A stretch of DNA of 63,162 nucleotides, counting the filler, from Neolecta irregularis DAH-3 (Eukaryota), in the NCBI GenBank assembly GCA_001929475.1. It is 5 parts of 5 records of this genome, joined end to end, with 100 filler letters (N's around TTAATTAATTAA, not from the genome) between each part and the next. Parts side by side here need not be neighbours in the genome. Positions count along the whole stretch, not along the records: positions 1 to 27,289 come from LXFE01000391.1; 4 more parts are not named here. One strand, given 5' to 3'. Positions 12,606 through 24,826 of this stretch are shown here, piece after piece. The notes beneath the pieces were generated by a model, which was not told where the DNA came from, searched no databases, and was given only the letters and a program-made list of their open reading frames with translations. Position numbers and translations under genes: made by a program. The first letter of the stretch is position 1, and the number at the start of each line of letters is the position of its first letter.

Positions 12606-14080
12606 TCAAGCGGATTCCTCATCAAAATAATCCCATAACGTATCAAACATTTCTGAATCTTCGCTTTTAATTCCTGTAGATATCCCTTCCGCAGTCAAAG
12701 GTGACACATTGGTATCCTTCCAGTCATTCCAGAGCGTATGTAGTTCATTCTCAGCAGTAGTTTCTTCCAATATAACAGCGAATATAGCGTCAAGGCCACC
12801 TGCTCCAGGGACGCCACAGCCAAGCACGCCATTTATTTGCCCACAGACATCGAGCAAAGATGTCTGTTCGGGCGGTTCAATGGGTGTGCCAGATAATTCG
12901 CCTATTGTTCGGAGATATCGACGGTTGTTCTGTTGGTTAGTGATTGTTCATTGAATATTTATCTACTTGAAAATGCCTCCGTATTTCGTCGAATAGATGA
13001 CAAAAGGGAATATTCGTGACCGATTTGCCCTCTGAGATTTCTTTCACGCTTTGATCGTAGTCGATGGGAGACTCCCCGATGGCCTGAGTCAATTTCTCAA
13101 ATGCCTTAATTAACCGGCTATTCGATTCGCCGAGATTTGTCCACAAGGTTTCTGCCATGTCGCGAGCCTCTGCCTTCCAAGCCAAAACCTTTCTAACCAT
13201 GCTCGGTGTCTCAGATCCAGCATCAACGTCTGCCATAACAACCCTCACCCCTCGAGGCAGAGAAATACTCTCAATCTCCGAGTCCCAAGTTGAGTTGACC
13301 ATCAATTTAACCTGATCCGCAAATTCTTGACCATTCATTTCTCGAGAGCTTGGAAAATTGGATCGCGAGGATGTGCTGTACACACAACTCCCATAGGTAG
13401 CAGCAGCAACGTCGAAACCACTACCAATTTTGCCTTGTGCAGCACAATGTGCCAGCTGGGCACAATTATTTATGATGCGTTTCCCCTGATTTGACTCAAG
13501 ATTGATTGAATCATTGAAATGAGTGAGAAGAGCGCCGGTAAGACTAGTGATAAGAGCAGCCGAAGATCCAAGGCCAGTTTTATTGACCTGTGATAGCGTG
13601 TGATCCAAGGGGCTGAACTGAGGGAGAGATTTGCGGTACGTATAGGCATCTTCACCTTGTGGTACCGCACGAGAATAATATTCGTTATCAGCGTAGATGG
13701 AAATTGTAAGATCGGAAGACTTGAACGGCGAGAGATATGCAAAAACGTGTTCTATTGCTTGCTGTGCAAACGCATTCTTGGTTACTCCTGATCTAGAATG
13801 ATGAGGGTGGATACTCAGCACAACTTTGATACGTCTGTTCTATGGTCACAGAGGAATCGTCACCGAGGGAGCACGTATACACCCATTGCGCATCTTTAAA
13901 CTGTGGAGATTTGACTATTACGGTGAAAATCGATGACTGTGGTCCGGATGAGGGTTGTAGAACGGCGTATATACGGGCAGACAGAGCTACAACGAGACTC
14001 TTATAGGCCGAATGGAGTACGAGGTAACCGCCAGCTACAAGAGCTTTTCCTGGCGCAGACACCACGGTAAGTCCAGACAT
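12606..14080 (-). CDS. ERG8: Phosphomevalonate kinase (3 exons)
   Basis: SAPGKALVAGGYLVL, KTGLGSSAA, HCAAQGKIGSGFDVAAA, GVPGAGGLDA. Confidence 0.96.
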
Positions 14081-14382
14081 ATTCTGGGCCTGAATAACGC
14101 CAAAAAGATGAGTTTTTGTATGGTAGAGTATGGGGAGCCGCAGTTCATAAAAACGGGTTTCGGGACTCCGAAGTTTGCTAATCGGGTAAACCCGGCGTGG
14201 CTTCTGTATATAGCGAAAACTTTTACTTTCACTGCGTAAACCAACAAAATCACCGTACCTCGTCCAACTCTTTCTACCAATTTTGTCTTCTTTCCTCTTT
14301 CTACCTAGGCGAAGGTCTCTCTGATCTATATGGTTTTGTTTGAAAGCCATGCTGATTGCTGTTTAGGCCTGTTGACTTGGGC

Positions 14383-17300
14383 ATGGTTTACATAAAAGGA
14401 TCCGCGTTCGCTAATTTTGTCCGCAATGGCTTCCAAAAACATCTTTTCGCCGGATCGTCGCAGCCTGTTTCACCCGGAACGTCATATTTCACCTCAAATG
14501 TCGCCACTATCGGGGCTCAGTTAAAACTGCAGCTAGGCACAACCCAGTCCCATCCTACCAGCGGCAGTCAGTCGTTTTTTGGTAGTCAGGGAACTGGACA
14601 TACTGCTCAGCACGGCCAGCCTTTTTGGGCTACTTCAAATCCCCTACTCCCAGCTTGTACTTTGGACGAAAGGAACAAAGACCGAGAGTCAAGGCTATCT
14701 TCTATTAATCAACTCACCTTCACTTCTACCTTAGCCGGAAGAGTCCCTTCGTTTGCTCGAGAGTATTCAACACAAACATCTGTAACAAATACACTCACAT
14801 CCCCATTTCCTACTTCCCCGGAGCCTTCATTACCGGAAGATTCCAGGGCTATTGACTCGGACATTGATAATCCTACATTGACCGAAAATGATCTTCTCAT
14901 TGGCAAGTTCAGAAAATGGACGCGAGAAGGCAGTCTTGACCTTGTCATCGATGAGTACATTGTCATGAAAGCAGAAGGCCGCAAAATTCCAAAGGAGGTC
15001 TACAATAATGTCATCCATACACTCTGCAAAGTGCGTAAAGTTAGGTATTCTGAAGGCTCCTTAAGGCTTGCAATGTCAGTACTCGAGGATATGGAAGCCA
15101 ACGGCATCCAGCCAGACGGACGGTCCTATGCCCCGTTGATCAGTATCTATTGTGATCGAGATACAGGTCTTTATTCGGCACTTGAATCCTTGGACAATTC
15201 GCCCGATACAAATTCAGTACATTTCGAGCGTCGAAAGAGCGTTATCAGTTATAATATCTCAAAGGAGGGAATTAATTCGGCGCTGCGTCTATTTAATGCC
15301 GCGATCGCAAAGGGTGTTAAGCTTCCGATCTATGTATTCAACAGTCTCTTGAAGATAACCTCCAAAGCGGGCTGCATCGATGATATGATTACGATCTACT
15401 CTATTCTCGAAAATTCTAGCGTAGAAGCGGACGTACGGACCTATCAGATTTTAATAATGACATTCGGAGATGCCAATGACATTAAGTCAGCAGTCCTTAT
15501 CTATGAAGACTACAAGAAACGCGTCAACTGTTTACCTTCTCATGATGAATCATGGATTTATAACGCTTTGTTATATGCCTATTTTGCATGTAAAGACCCG
15601 ACTGGTGCAATCAAATTCTTCAAGAAAGTATATGAAGCGAACCCTTCGGCCGTCAAAACTGTTACATTGACTCTCATCTGTCAAGGTCTAAGCCAAAATG
15701 GCGATCATGAAGGGGCATATCTTTGGTTGGCTCGAATGATCACCGAGGAAAAAACAGAGAATCCTTCACTGATCATCTTGAGCCGACTCCTCCAAAATGC
15801 GGTTAATGATGGAAAATTAGAAATGGCACATAAACTGTTTGATCTTACCCCTCATATTAAGATCATCAACTCGCCGGGTGAAGGTTTCAGTCTCTATTCA
15901 AAGGCGTGCTTTCAACAGGGCAAGATCGAACGAGCTAAACAAGTTATCGAGTATACATCAGAGACAACATATTATCATACAGCTGATGTAGTCTCCGACG
16001 TCGTTCTAACACTTGCGAAGACCAAGCCCGATATTGCAATTTCCACGCTGGAGAAGGCTACTCGCGCTGCCATTCGAAGAAGTGGTAGTTTGACCTCGAC
16101 TCGATCATTGTATTTTCAACTAGGCGCTACTTTACTGGACGCACTTCGAGAACAATCTGACCTTACTAGTACAAGATTTAATAGAATTGTCGAATCGTTA
16201 CGTTGGTTCAGAAAAGAGACTAACGTTGATATCTCACTCTCTACAGCGAGAGCATTGTGTTATCTCTTTGAGCACAAAGATTTTCCCTCGTGCCTATTCA
16301 TGTATCGTCAAACTGTGGATTGGTTACTATTCGATTTCGAGCTTTTGAATCAAAGCAACCAACTACATGGCCTGTTAAGCAACACTTTTGAAGCTTGTCT
16401 CTTTGCGATCATGGGTCAGGGAGTGGTTATCATTCAGCTATTCCATAATTTCATCTCACAGTTTGTCGCCTCAACAGATAATCCAAAATTGATCCAAGCC
16501 TGGGAAAAATATCTCCATCCAGACGATGAACTCGTAAACGAATATCGCCCTGTTCGTAGCACATCTTTGCATCAAATTCCCGAGGATGCGTTGAAGAATA
16601 GGATAAAGACCCTTGGCAGTCTTGACTTTAGAGATGATGTCAATCATCGCTTCTTGTTCGCACCTGATGCTGCAAATCTGGTTACTTCGTTCATGGAATG
16701 GAGAGCAGCTAGCCAAAGAAACGCTAGAATCCATCCAGTCACTTACTTCAAACTCATGGAACGGCTAGCAAAGATTGGACGATTTGATCATGTTAGAGAG
16801 GTCTATGAACTGGCTAAAATTGGAATACCAACAGTCACCCACCCAGATTCGCTGCCGTTGATATGGGCATATGTGGAAAATTCCCTGCTGATTGCGGCGG
16901 CGTACGAAGGCGACTATCCCAGAACCCGCACACATCATCAGAATCTTATTAATTCGGGGTTCGCTCCAAACGCTAATGCATTCGCTGCTTGCATTCTGAA
17001 TCTCAAAGAATCAGGATTGAAAGACGAAGCTTCTGCTGCATTGAAATATCTCAACGAAGCTCTCTCTTTAGGTGTTTGTCCCAATACTTACCTTTACAAT
17101 GTCCTTATGTCCAAACTCGCCAAAGCTCGTCGTCTTGCTGATGTCATTGATTGTCTGGAAAAGATGCGAATGAATGGTATTCCGCCAAATCATATTACTT
17201 ACGGCGTTATTATCAACGTTTGCTGCCGAACGGATAACGAAGCTTTGGCAAGTCAATTCTTTACCGAGATGGATTCGATACAAAGCTACAAACACCGAGT

Positions 17301-17991
17301 CGCGCCGTATAACACCATGATGCAATATTACTCTCAAACAAAGCGAAACCGTCCGATGGTTCTTTATTATTACAATAGGATGCTTGCAAAGAAATGTTCT
17401 CCCACTGCGTTTTCATTCAAATTACTCCTCGAAGCGTACACTGCTCTGGAACCATTCGATTTCCCCACCGCCGAAATTCTCATGAATGAGATGGTTTCTG
17501 TTCATGGAATCAAACTCGAATCACAACATTATGCTGTCATTCTTCATTCAAAGGGTTGTGTTCTTAAGGACTTTGAAGGCGCAATGGCATATTACGATGC
17601 TATTGTGGATTTTAAAATCCCTATGGATGGCATCATGTATCAAGCCCTCTTCGAAATCTGTGTCGCGAATCGCCGGTTTGACAAAGTTGAAGAATTTCTC
17701 CAAAGGATGTCTACAGATAAAGTTTCGATGACCCCATATATTGCAAATATTCTGATTCACGCCTGGACAGTCCAGGGTGACATTAACAAGGCTCGAAATA
17801 TTTACGATCATCTGGCGATGACGAAAGAACCTTCGACCTACGAAGCTATGGCAAGAGCATATGTTGCTGTTGGCAATCATGATGCGGCTAAGAGTATTTT
17901 GGATGATATGGCAACTCGTCAGTTCCCACTGGCCGTCATGTCTACCGTTTCTGATCTTCTTACCGGGGCAGAAACAAGCAAGGTTTCTTAG
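14383..17991 (+). CDS. Large mitochondrial pentatricopeptide-repeat protein (Ppr5-like), intronless
   Basis: Many PPR motifs (YNNVIHTLCK, YNVLMSKLAKAR, TYGVIINVCCR, TYEAMARAY); first in-frame ATG at 14383. Ppr5 orthology is from recollection only. Confidence 0.9.
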   Translation: MVYIKGSAFANFVRNGFQKHLFAGSSQPVSPGTSYFTSNVATIGAQLKLQLGTTQSHPTSGSQSFFGSQGTGHTAQHGQPFWATSNPLLPACTLDERNKDRESRLSSINQLTFTSTLAGRVPSFAREYSTQTSVTNTLTSPFPTSPEPSLPEDSRAIDSDIDNPTLTENDLLIGKFRKWTREGSLDLVIDEYIVMKAEGRKIPKEVYNNVIHTLCKVRKVRYSEGSLRLAMSVLEDMEANGIQPDGRSYAPLISIYCDRDTGLYSALESLDNSPDTNSVHFERRKSVISYNISKEGINSALRLFNAAIAKGVKLPIYVFNSLLKITSKAGCIDDMITIYSILENSSVEADVRTYQILIMTFGDANDIKSAVLIYEDYKKRVNCLPSHDESWIYNALLYAYFACKDPTGAIKFFKKVYEANPSAVKTVTLTLICQGLSQNGDHEGAYLWLARMITEEKTENPSLIILSRLLQNAVNDGKLEMAHKLFDLTPHIKIINSPGEGFSLYSKACFQQGKIERAKQVIEYTSETTYYHTADVVSDVVLTLAKTKPDIAISTLEKATRAAIRRSGSLTSTRSLYFQLGATLLDALREQSDLTSTRFNRIVESLRWFRKETNVDISLSTARALCYLFEHKDFPSCLFMYRQTVDWLLFDFELLNQSNQLHGLLSNTFEACLFAIMGQGVVIIQLFHNFISQFVASTDNPKLIQAWEKYLHPDDELVNEYRPVRSTSLHQIPEDALKNRIKTLGSLDFRDDVNHRFLFAPDAANLVTSFMEWRAASQRNARIHPVTYFKLMERLAKIGRFDHVREVYELAKIGIPTVTHPDSLPLIWAYVENSLLIAAAYEGDYPRTRTHHQNLINSGFAPNANAFAACILNLKESGLKDEASAALKYLNEALSLGVCPNTYLYNVLMSKLAKARRLADVIDCLEKMRMNGIPPNHITYGVIINVCCRTDNEALASQFFTEMDSIQSYKHRVAPYNTMMQYYSQTKRNRPMVLYYYNRMLAKKCSPTAFSFKLLLEAYTALEPFDFPTAEILMNEMVSVHGIKLESQHYAVILHSKGCVLKDFEGAMAYYDAIVDFKIPMDGIMYQALFEICVANRRFDKVEEFLQRMSTDKVSMTPYIANILIHAWTVQGDINKARNIYDHLAMTKEPSTYEAMARAYVAVGNHDAAKSILDDMATRQFPLAVMSTVSDLLTGAETSKVS

Positions 17992-18168
17992 ACCGAATTC
18001 TCCATTATTTCTGCAACACGAATTGCGCCCGGTGTTTAAAAATATTGTATATAGTTATGTTTTCATTGTTGTTGAAACTTGGGCTCGGTGGAGTGATACT
18101 CGTTTCTTTAAAGCATGTTGATAGATCTAGATGAGAATATTGCAAAAATATGTTTACACAATCCATAA

Positions 18169-18945
18169 TTACGGACTTAATCTCTTCAATGTCCATTCAG
18201 AGTGGTTTCCATCTACACTTAGTTGTCTCTCGTATATAAATCTATCATGCAATCTATTATCTCGTCCCTGCCAAAATTCAATCTCATCGGGAATAATTCG
18301 CATTCCTCCCCAGAAAGGCGGTATGGGAATGTAGGCCATTCCCGCAAATTTGTTCTCCAACTCGGAGACTTTGGCATCTAATTCATCTCGGGAATGAAGG
18401 AGAGTGCTCTGAGCAGAGGCCCATGCTCCAATCCTAGATTTTCGCGGTCTGGTATCAAAGTACTCCTTTGATTCCTCCTGTGATAAATGTTCTGTGACGC
18501 CTTCAACACGGACTTGTCTCTGTAAGGGCTCCCACCAAAATGTCAGAGCGGCTCTCGGATTCGATTTTATATCTCTTGCTTTCTTACTTGTTTCCCAATT
18601 CGAGTAGAATACAAAGCCCTTGGAGTCGAGTTGTTTCAGTAGGACTGTACGGGATGAAACACGGCCGCTTGGAAGTTGGGATGTAGAAAGCGTAAGTGCC
18701 TCTGGAGAGGTGATCATCTCTGACGAGGAAGCCTGGTTGAACCATCGGTGAAATATCTGAAATGGGGTTTTCGGATTGAGTTGAGATTCAGAGAGAGAGC
18801 CTTTAGTGTATTGATACCGATCTGGGGCGAAAATAACTTTCTCCGGAGATTGCGGCAAAGTGGACATTCTATATGCTATCGTGATTTTCCTACTGCGGTT
18901 GACTGAAGAAACGAGTTTGGTGGTGAAGTAACTAGCTATTCTCAT
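18169..18945 (-). CDS. PDX3: Pyridoxamine 5'-phosphate oxidase
   Basis: SSRTVLLK, RQVRVEG, SRIGAWASAQS, EFWQGRDNRLHDRF; start could be 18945 or 18867. Confidence 0.96.
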   Translation of the reverse strand: MRIASYFTTKLVSSVNRSRKITIAYRMSTLPQSPEKVIFAPDRYQYTKGSLSESQLNPKTPFQIFHRWFNQASSSEMITSPEALTLSTSQLPSGRVSSRTVLLKQLDSKGFVFYSNWETSKKARDIKSNPRAALTFWWEPLQRQVRVEGVTEHLSQEESKEYFDTRPRKSRIGAWASAQSTLLHSRDELDAKVSELENKFAGMAYIPIPPFWGGMRIIPDEIEFWQGRDNRLHDRFIYERQLSVDGNHSEWTLKRLSP

Positions 18946-19042
18946 AAATGAAAACGCGCCATCCTGCTTATATATATACATATATTATATATATTTAAAT
19001 GTATCCAAAACTCCCAAACCCGCAAGTTGGACATCCAGCCCA

Positions 19043-19645
19043 TCAAACTCTATGCATATAATGCAAAAGAGCTCTCCGCTTCTCCATTTCCCGTTTATAT
19101 CGTTTGACAATGTCCCCCTGAGGCAACATAGTCTTGATTTCTTTGGTCTTCCTCTTTTTCCGCTTTACACCAAGACCGATAGTATCATTCTTGACTCGAC
19201 TAGCTTTTATCGGCTCTCGCGGACCCTGATTACCTTCCACACCTAGTCCACGTTCCTGGAGATGTGTCCAGCCCAGAGTCTCGAGATGCTGAAATCCAAA
19301 AGACGTGCGAGAGATATGCAGCGGGTTTAATGGAGCTTTTTGATGTTTGTGGGACGTTAAATGTGCCGTTGACATTACATGCTCTTTTTGAGATCCTTTG
19401 ATTTGCAACCCACATGTTGTGCAGGTTTCAAAATATGGTTCATCTGTGATTGGGATTGTAGATTCTGGTGTACGAGACGGATTCAGCGAACGATAAAACC
19501 GAGAAATTTCCGCTCCGGTGGCCTTTGATGACGGACGGGTTTCTGTTGATGGTTTAGATTGTTCAGTGCCGCCTTTAACGAACTTTACTCGTGGTGTTTT
19601 GCGAAAACCATATCCAAAAGATTTGGCGGTGTCGTGAGTAGACAT
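19043..19645 (-). CDS. G-patch protein with C2H2-like finger (GPANK1-like)
   Basis: CTTC..HVMSTAH followed by the G-patch GFQHLETLGW..GLGVEGNQG..PI..KNDTIGLG. Confidence 0.8.
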   Translation of the reverse strand: MSTHDTAKSFGYGFRKTPRVKFVKGGTEQSKPSTETRPSSKATGAEISRFYRSLNPSRTPESTIPITDEPYFETCTTCGLQIKGSQKEHVMSTAHLTSHKHQKAPLNPLHISRTSFGFQHLETLGWTHLQERGLGVEGNQGPREPIKASRVKNDTIGLGVKRKKRKTKEIKTMLPQGDIVKRYKREMEKRRALLHYMHRV

Positions 19646-19883
19646 GCGTAGAAACCTATCGAGACATGCGAGTATTTGATAACATGGCAAGTGTAATAAA
19701 TATATCAAAATGTATATTGACAGAAAAGTATATCTACAATTATTGAACAAAAAAGAAAATTTTCTGTAGTTTCATCCCCCTTCCTTTTCCCAAAGATGTG
19801 TTCCCTGCTAGAATGCTAAAAGGTCTCAATTTTGACAACCTGATGACCCAAATTAGATGCTCCACAGTAGCAAACAGAAGATG

Positions 19884-20987
19884 CTACAAGTCGGAAGAAT
19901 GTTCTGCATCGATATCATCGTCATCGTCCATTTTAACGCCTTTGTTGCCTTCAAGACTTTCGAGCGACGCTACAACTGTCCCGATAATTCGTTTTACACG
20001 ATCGTTTAAGATTGTTCGAGGGGGATATTCCTCATCTGTAAAGTCGGTTAGGCCTGAATTTAATTAGAGAAAATTATCAATGATCAATAACCTCGAGACG
20101 CGGCACCAGCACGTCTAGCTCTAGCTTCTTGTTCGTATCGTTGTTGTATGGCTCGATCTATACGCATGGCTGATTGTCAAAAGAAAAGTCCTCAAAGATG
20201 GTCTTACGAATGGCTAAAGTTACTCGAACAAGTTGGACCGTCAGTCGCATTCTTCCTACCACATCGAAATATGACAACGATCGTAGATGTCTTTGAACGC
20301 GATTCACACGGTGTAATTCTACAAGGAAAAGTACTGAATAAACTTGGGTAGCTGATCCATATTAGATGGACATGTGCAAATAAAGATACCCGTGACAAGC
20401 TCCCTCAATTTCTTGAATGAGTTTTCCACGCCGTCAATTGTATCTTCAGAAATAGCCAACCCAGGGTACGCACGCCCTAGTGTTTCGAAAGCATTTCTGA
20501 TTACTGAAAAGTCTCCATTTATAAATTCGTGAATAATGGCTGAGACAACGCCTTGGAGAGTATGTTCTCCTGCCAGAAAGTTTCGACTCAATGAGGGATT
20601 GAAAGAGTTGCTCTTTGCAGCTTTATCATAGTTGAGGCGAGAGGTTGGTACAGAGAGTATCTGATATGCGAATGAAACTTTTTGGAATGCGGATGTAGAT
20701 CTCGAGTTATTTTGAAATTTGTCCGGATGTATCAGACGACATTTCTTTTGATCAGTCAGCGATATATTTAACCACATACGTCAAGGTATGCTCTCCGCAA
20801 CTCTTCGCCGCTACAATTCCGTTTTACGTCCAAAAGTATATAAAGATCGTCCTCCTTGAGAATAGCTAAGCGTCAGCTGAAACTTGGGATAAAACGAACA
20901 TTCCACTATCTTTAATTTTTCTTGTGTCGATTTAGACTTCCATGGAGTAGCAGCTGCGCGCGGATTTGGAGCTTTAGTTGATGACAT
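19884..20987 (-). CDS. DnaJ-domain protein (fungal family), multi-exon
   Basis: DLYILLDV..ELRRAYL..RLIHPDK..AFQKVSFAYQILS J-domain; 3' exons reconstructed by eye. Confidence 0.85.
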
Positions 20988-21113
20988 TGTTGCAAATCGC
21001 GCAAAGTGAAGACTGCTCGGACTGGGTGTGCCGGTGTTTGTTGGCTACATAGAAAAAAGCATGTGAAGACACGTGCAAACTAACCTCCATCTTATGTCTC
21101 AACACACAAAATT

Positions 21114-24110
21114 ATGAATTATTTTACCCGGTTTGCATTGTACGAAACAAAGTCTCGCCTCTATCTTGTTGCTACTTCTCATGACGAATTGCACTGTAAG
21201 CTACTCAAGATTGAACGCGATGCAGAACCCCCACAACTCGGATTCGTCGAAGATGCCACGCTTTATACATATGAACAGCTGGCATCAATTCTGGCTGCTA
21301 TTGAGTCGGGGAGCAAGAGCGTGGTTGGTGGTTTCAGGAGGGTGTTGAACGCTTTTGCAATCCTGGGATTTATCCGTATGTCCATACCGACGAGTGGAAG
21401 TTGTTCATTCCAAAGAATTTACTTCCGGTTGGTACATTTCAGTCATAACAAAGCGAAAAACAGTCGCACTTCTCGGGGGTTACTATCTCTACCACATCGA
21501 AGCAACAGAGTTAATTCCGGTATCTTCCTCAAATGCAGGAAGATCGTCGTTCAAGGGGTCTGAAGAATCGAGGTGGATCGCATTTCCAAAGGCTACAATT
21601 TCTAACGGTTCAGATTCGTCAGTATCTTCCAAAACCTCGATCTTTCGAAAACTTTCTATTATAGTTATTCGTATGATATCACTCAAACTCTGCAACACAA
21701 TATTCTCCGTCTTAGAGCCAACCCGAATGCATTACCAGAATATAGTGACATGTTTGTCTGGAATCACTTTCTTATGCAACCTGCACAAGCCCTGCAGAAT
21801 CCTCAGGATTGGGTTCAACCAATCATCCACGGATTCATTGACCAAGCAAGTTGGTCATTCTGTCTTGGAGCCCAATTAATAAATCAGATGTCTCGGTGTA
21901 CGGTCGATCAGTCTTTATAACTGTGATCGCGCGAAGATCCCGCTACTTTGCCGGTGCTCGTTTTCTCAAACGAGGAGTCAATGATAAAGGTTTTGTTGCT
22001 AACGATGTCGAGACGGAACAGATTGTCGCAGATATGCAAACGACGAGCTTCCACGCACCTGGAGGCGCTCTATTCGCCAATCCCAATTATTCTTCTTATG
22101 TCCAGCATCGAGGAAGTATACCGTTATACTGGACGCAAGAGGGCACAAATATGACTCCAAAACCCCCGATTACCTGTATGCAAATTGGATTTAGCGTCTA
22201 CTAACAAAAGTAACCATTGCAGATCCGTTCTACCAGGCTGCCGCTTTACACTTTGATAATATGTTTGAAAGATACGGGGCTCCGTGTATTGTCTTGAACC
22301 TGGTCAAGGTATCAAGGTCATGTAGCAAAAAGATATCAAAACTACTAGTCCAGAGAGCGGATTCCACGAGAGTCGTTGCTATTATATGAATTCACCAAAC
22401 TTCTTGAATATCTCAATCAGTTTCTACCTCAAGATAGGAAAATCCAACATATTGCCTGGGATATGTCGAGAGCTTCAAAAGGGTATAATAATATATATGT
22501 GGCTGTCTTTCAAAGCAAGTCATTCGAGCGAAGTGATCGATACACTCGAAGATATAAGTCAACGGGTCTTGCAGACCACCGGTTTCTTTTACAGTGGACA
22601 AAGCCAAGCCTCGGATTATAACACGGGCCCAAGTATTCAATCCGGGGTGTGTCGAATGAATTGTATCGACTGCCTGGACCGGACCAATGCTGCTCAATTT
22701 GTCATTGGAAAACGTGCTCTTGGTTATCAAGTTTGTGTCTTGAGTTGATTAAGTTATTTAACGACATAGCTTCATGCTCTAGGAGTTATAAGTGAGCCAA
22801 AAATTAAATATGATTCGGACGCTGTAAACCTGTTGACTGAGTTGTACCATGATCACGGAGATACAATTGCATTGCAATACGGCGGATCGCACCTGGTAAA
22901 CACTATGGAAACCTATCGGAAAATCAATCAGGCAGGGTTCTCATAAAACCTTGGGGCACTAATGATTCAGTGGAGTAGTCATACGCGAGATATGATCGAA
23001 AGCATACGGCGCTTTTATAACAATTCGTTCTTGGGTATTTCTTGTTCACACCTCAATTGAAAGTATAGATAGTCAGCGTCAAGAAGCAATCAATTTGTTT
23101 CTTGGGAATTACGTTTTTGTTCACGGACAGCCAAAGATTTGGGAAATGCCTTCAGATCATCACCTCCATAACGACAGTTTAAAGTTCAAGGGTCTGCGTA
23201 GACAGTATCGTTCTGGTCCAGTACCCCTCTGATGGCGTAGTTACCAGCAATGGTGGACGCCGGCTAATCTCGAGAAGCCTGTCGTTGCACCACAAGGAAG
23301 CGTGTCGAAAGATGAACAACAGAAATTGATTGAAGCATACTGGACAGAGTATTACAGACCTCGTGTCTTATCATCCCTTTGCAAGGTTTTTGCTTATAAT
23401 GTTAATTCGACATTGCGTTATATTCCTGTGTATGAAAATACTTGTTGCGTATCTAATGAGCTGCGACAACAGACGGAATCGATTGGACCTCGGCCCTTTC
23501 AGACCTCATGCTTCAATTGAGAAAGATAGGCCCTCGAGCGGCGAGAAAAGACGGTTTACACCGGGTGATAGGTATGTTTCCAGTGTAGACGAATTTTACA
23601 AACTAGTCGTAAAATCCGTCTTTCACTGCATAGATGGCTGCCACATTCTCAGACAAAGGCTCGAAATATGGAAATCAGAAGTCATCCCGAGGTTTCATCT
23701 GAGAAAGAAGTAGTCGTTGTTCCTCAGCGGACAATGGAGGGTTTCGTTTCATCGTTGCTGAATCCTGTTGTTACTATGTCCGAGATGGCAGAGTATGAGC
23801 AGTAACGACTTCCCTTTCAAGGTTCTGCCGACAGACTAGATATATCACGCATCCACAACTACTTCCGCTTACCTCCTCTACGGATCTAGCTACAGCCCAT
23901 CCAGAATATTCACCATATGTCAATGAACTTTTCAAAGAAGGATCACATCAGGAAGATTTGACCTTGTTTGAAAAGTACGTGGATATGTCTGAGAAGCCTA
24001 TGCAGATGCAAGGCTCGTTAAATTCGCTTTGCGAGCTCGAGGAGAAGCGAAGAACTGCATATGCAGGATGGATCATTGGCAAAACTTTGGGTACGAAGCT
24101 CAAGGTATAA
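21114..24110 (+). CDS. FIG4: Polyphosphoinositide phosphatase (Sac domain), about 13 introns
   Basis: [35 protein letters not shown], catalytic [32 protein letters not shown]. Confidence 0.96.
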
Positions 24111-24245
24111 GCATTCTTGCGAATGACAATCGCATATTTGTAATGTATATATTACAGATATTGGCGTTGGACGATATTACTGAATTTTGATCTCCACGTT
24201 ACTCTCCACCTTGTATTTCAACAGGAACTCCATTTATGAGCCGCA

Positions 24246-24728
24246 ATGCCGCCGCCACAGAGATCATCTGGGGGAAAAGGTCTGGGAAAGGGGTTTCCGC
24301 AGAAACGGCACCGAAAAATTGTTAAAGTATTGAACCCAATTCTCAGTTCTGACGAATCACAGGACGCTATTTTTGGTATTTCGAAACCAGACATTCGGTT
24401 GGGCTTTTTTTTGGCTATTAATTGATTCAAGACGGATGGCACGGAGAGGAGGTGTCAAGCGAATCTCTGCAGGAATCTACAATGAAGCCCGAAAGGCGAT
24501 GCGTCAATTCTTGAAAGAGGTGTTTTTTTTCCTTGGTGGCAGTTTTATTAATCAACAGGTTCTTCATGATTGTACCATCTTTGTTGACCATTCGTCTCGA
24601 AAAACTATCACCGTTCGAGATGTTATCTATGCATTAAAGGTATTTCTATATGTATCATGATTGACAATTGCTAGCGTCGGGGACGTCCCATCTATGGGTT
24701 TGACCCGGACGTCACAAAAGCCTCATAG
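24246..24728 (+). CDS. Divergent histone H4 variant (H4E/hH4v-like), 5 exons
   Basis: Spliced product [112 protein letters not shown]. Confidence 0.9.
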
Positions 24729-24826
24729 CGACCGCTACACGTGATATGGGCGGTAGTGATAGAGACTGGTAGTTTTGTTCATGCGTGTTGCTTTTATTAT
24801 TATTTCTAATGGTGATGAATTGCATC

